This document shows, piece by piece, positions 61,124 to 64,000 of a DNA stretch of 64,000 bases. The stretch lies in NCBI RefSeq assembly GCF_046105845.1, contig NZ_CP151004.1, one strand, 5' to 3'. Position numbers and translations under genes: made by a program. The notes under the pieces are model-generated. The model saw only the letters and a program-made list of their open reading frames with translations, did no database searches and was not told the origin of the DNA. Each line of letters begins with the position of its first letter. The stretch's first letter is position 1. Source of the DNA: Escherichia coli (GTDB taxonomy: Bacteria; Pseudomonadota; Gammaproteobacteria; Enterobacterales; Enterobacteriaceae).

Positions 61124-62398
61124 TTATTCACCAGATGCCTGTTGCGCTTCCGGCTTGCCATAAATCAGCAACGGCTTGCTTTGACCATCAATTACCGATT
61201 CGTCGATAACCACTTTTTCGACGTCTTCCATGGACGGCAGATCGTACATGGTATCGAGCAGTGCGGCTTCTACGATGGAACGCAGGCCACGGGCACCGGT
61301 TTTACGCGCCATCGCTTTCTTAGCGATAGCATCCAGCGCCTCGTCACGGAATTCCAGATCCACGCCTTCCAGATTAAACAGCGCCTGATACTGCTTGGTC
61401 AGGGCGTTTTTCGGCTCTTTGAGGATCTGAATCAGAGCTTCTTCGCTCAGTTCATTCAACGTTGCTACAACCGGCAGACGACCAATGAACTCAGGGATCA
61501 GACCAAACTTGATCAGATCTTCCGGTTCAACCTGCGCCAGCAGCTCGCCTTCACTTGCTTTGTCAGATTTCGCTTTTACCGTCGCGCCAAAACCAATGCC
61601 GGAGCCGGTTTCTACACGATGGGAAATCACTTTATCCAGACCAGCGAACGCACCACCACAAATAAACAGGATCTTAGAGGTATCTACCTGCAAGAACTCT
61701 TGCTGCGGGTGTTTACGCCCGCCCTGCGGTGGAACGGCGGCAACCGTACCTTCAATCAGTTTCAACAGTGCCTGCTGTACGCCTTCACCGGAAACGTCTC
61801 GGGTAATGGACGGGTTGTCTGACTTACGAGAAATCTTGTCGATTTCATCGATGTAGACAATCCCGCGCTGCGCTTTCTGTACGTCGTAATCGCACTTTTG
61901 CAACAGCTTCTGAATGATGTTTTCAACGTCTTCGCCCACATAACCAGCTTCGGTCAGCGTGGTTGCGTCGGCCATGGTGAACGGGACGTCCAGCAGGCGC
62001 GCCAGCGTTTCAGCCAGCAGCGTTTTACCGGAACCGGTCGGACCGATCAGCAGAATGTTACTTTTACCCAACTCGACACCATTGCTGGTATCGCCGTTGC
62101 GCAGACGTTTGTAATGGTTGTATACCGCGACCGCCAGCACTTTTTTCGCCTGTTCCTGGCCGATAACGTAATCGTCCAGGTGGTTGCGAATTTCATGCGG
62201 CGTCGGTAGCGCACTGCGTTCACGATGCGGTGCAACTTCTTTAATCTCTTCGCGAATGATGTCGTTACATAAATCAACACATTCGTCGCAGATATACACG
62301 GATGGACCGGCAATCAGCTTGCGCACTTCATGCTGGCTTTTGCCGCAAAAAGAGCAATACAGCAATTTGCCTGAGCCATCTTTGCGTTTATCTGTCAT
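61124..62398 (-). CDS. clpX: ATP-dependent Clp protease ATP-binding subunit ClpX
   Basis: 424-aa ORF with N-terminal zinc-binding C4 motif and AAA+ domain. Confidence 0.97.
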
Positions 62399-62523
62399 GG
62401 GTCAAAACCTCTTCTTTGTTCTTTGTGCCGCACACGACGACGCAAATGCCATTCTCAGGCGCAAGCCGCTTACAGCGTTGTGCCGCCCTGGATAAGTATA
62501 GCGGCACAGTTGCGCCTCTGGCA

Positions 62524-63147
62524 TCAATTACGATGGGTCAGAATCGAATCGACCAGACCGTATTCCACCGCTTCAGGGGCGGAAAGGAAGCGATCGCGCT
62601 CGGTATCACGTTCAATCTGTTCTAATGATTGACCCGTATGAAGCGCCATAAGTTCATTCATGCGCCCTTTAACTTTCAGAATTTCACGGGCATGAATTTC
62701 GATATCGGTCGCCTGGCCCTGGTAGCCGCCCAACGGCTGGTGAATCATCACGCGCGAATTCGGCAGGCAGAAACGTTTACCTTTTGCCCCTGCAGTCAGC
62801 AAGAAAGCGCCCATCGAAGCCGCCTGGCCCATACAGATGGTGCTGACATCAGGCTTGATAAACTGCATGGTGTCATAGATAGACATCCCGGCAGTGATCA
62901 CCCCGCCTGGGGAGTTAATGTACAGATAGATATCTTTTTCTGGGTTTTCTGCTTCCAGGAACAGCATCTGCGCCACAATCAGGTTAGCCATGTGGTCTTC
63001 AACCTGGCCAGTCAGAAAAATGACGCGTTCCTTAAGTAGACGAGAATAGATATCAAAAGAGCGCTCACCTCGTGAGGTCTGTTCAATGACCATCGGCACC
63101 AGCGCCATATGGGGTGCAAAGTTATCTCGTTCGCCGCTGTATGACAT
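62524..63147 (-). CDS. clpP: ATP-dependent Clp protease proteolytic subunit ClpP
   Basis: 207-aa ORF matching recalled ClpP precursor. Confidence 0.97.
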   Translation of the reverse strand: MSYSGERDNFAPHMALVPMVIEQTSRGERSFDIYSRLLKERVIFLTGQVEDHMANLIVAQMLFLEAENPEKDIYLYINSPGGVITAGMSIYDTMQFIKPDVSTICMGQAASMGAFLLTAGAKGKRFCLPNSRVMIHQPLGGYQGQATDIEIHAREILKVKGRMNELMALHTGQSLEQIERDTERDRFLSAPEAVEYGLVDSILTHRN

Positions 63148-63392
63148 TTCCGTCTCCTGGATAAAATTGAAAAAACCTGCTGTACCGATTGTAACCTTAT
63201 GGACGGATTATCAGCTAGTCCCTGTGTTATGGGTACGGCATCACCATATTTCAAGCATAACAATCTTTTGTTGTTACGCTAACACCGAAAGAGGCTTTTC
63301 GCACGGTTCCATGCAAAATTCATGACAAAAAAAAGCCCACCACCTGGCGGTGACGGGCCTTTGTGCGAATTTAGCGCGTTATGCTGCGTAAA

Positions 63393-64000
<608 letters not shown>

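Overview
This window reads as an Escherichia coli chromosomal segment colinear with the K-12 tig-clpPX-lon ... acrRAB ... dnaX-recR-htpG-adk ... ushA-ybaK-ybaP-copA-glsA-ybaT region, in reverse orientation to K-12 numbering. All identifications come from reading the sequence and ORF track and recalling protein sequences; no database search was run. About 55 core genes are recognisable, mostly by near-exact recall of the K-12 proteins. Many ORF-track starts are over-extended and were trimmed to the canonical ATG. RNA genes present are ffs (4.5S/SRP RNA) and the ChiX sRNA; there are no rRNA, tRNA or CRISPR arrays. Three places depart from the K-12 layout and are the most interesting: (1) at 1-4860, the 5' part of a giant tandem-repeat Ig-like adhesin gene preceded by a TolC-family outer-membrane gene, i.e. 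a type I secretion adhesin locus whose remainder lies beyond the window start; (2) at 17160-18591, a complete 1432-bp IS3-family element inserted into a REP palindrome between ybaL and gsk, with a 4-bp target duplication; (3) at about 10235-10560, a GC-rich segment with nested inverted repeats and no credible ORF, sitting where K-12 (from memory) carries ybaQ. Known recoding sites are visible in copA, dnaX and the IS element.
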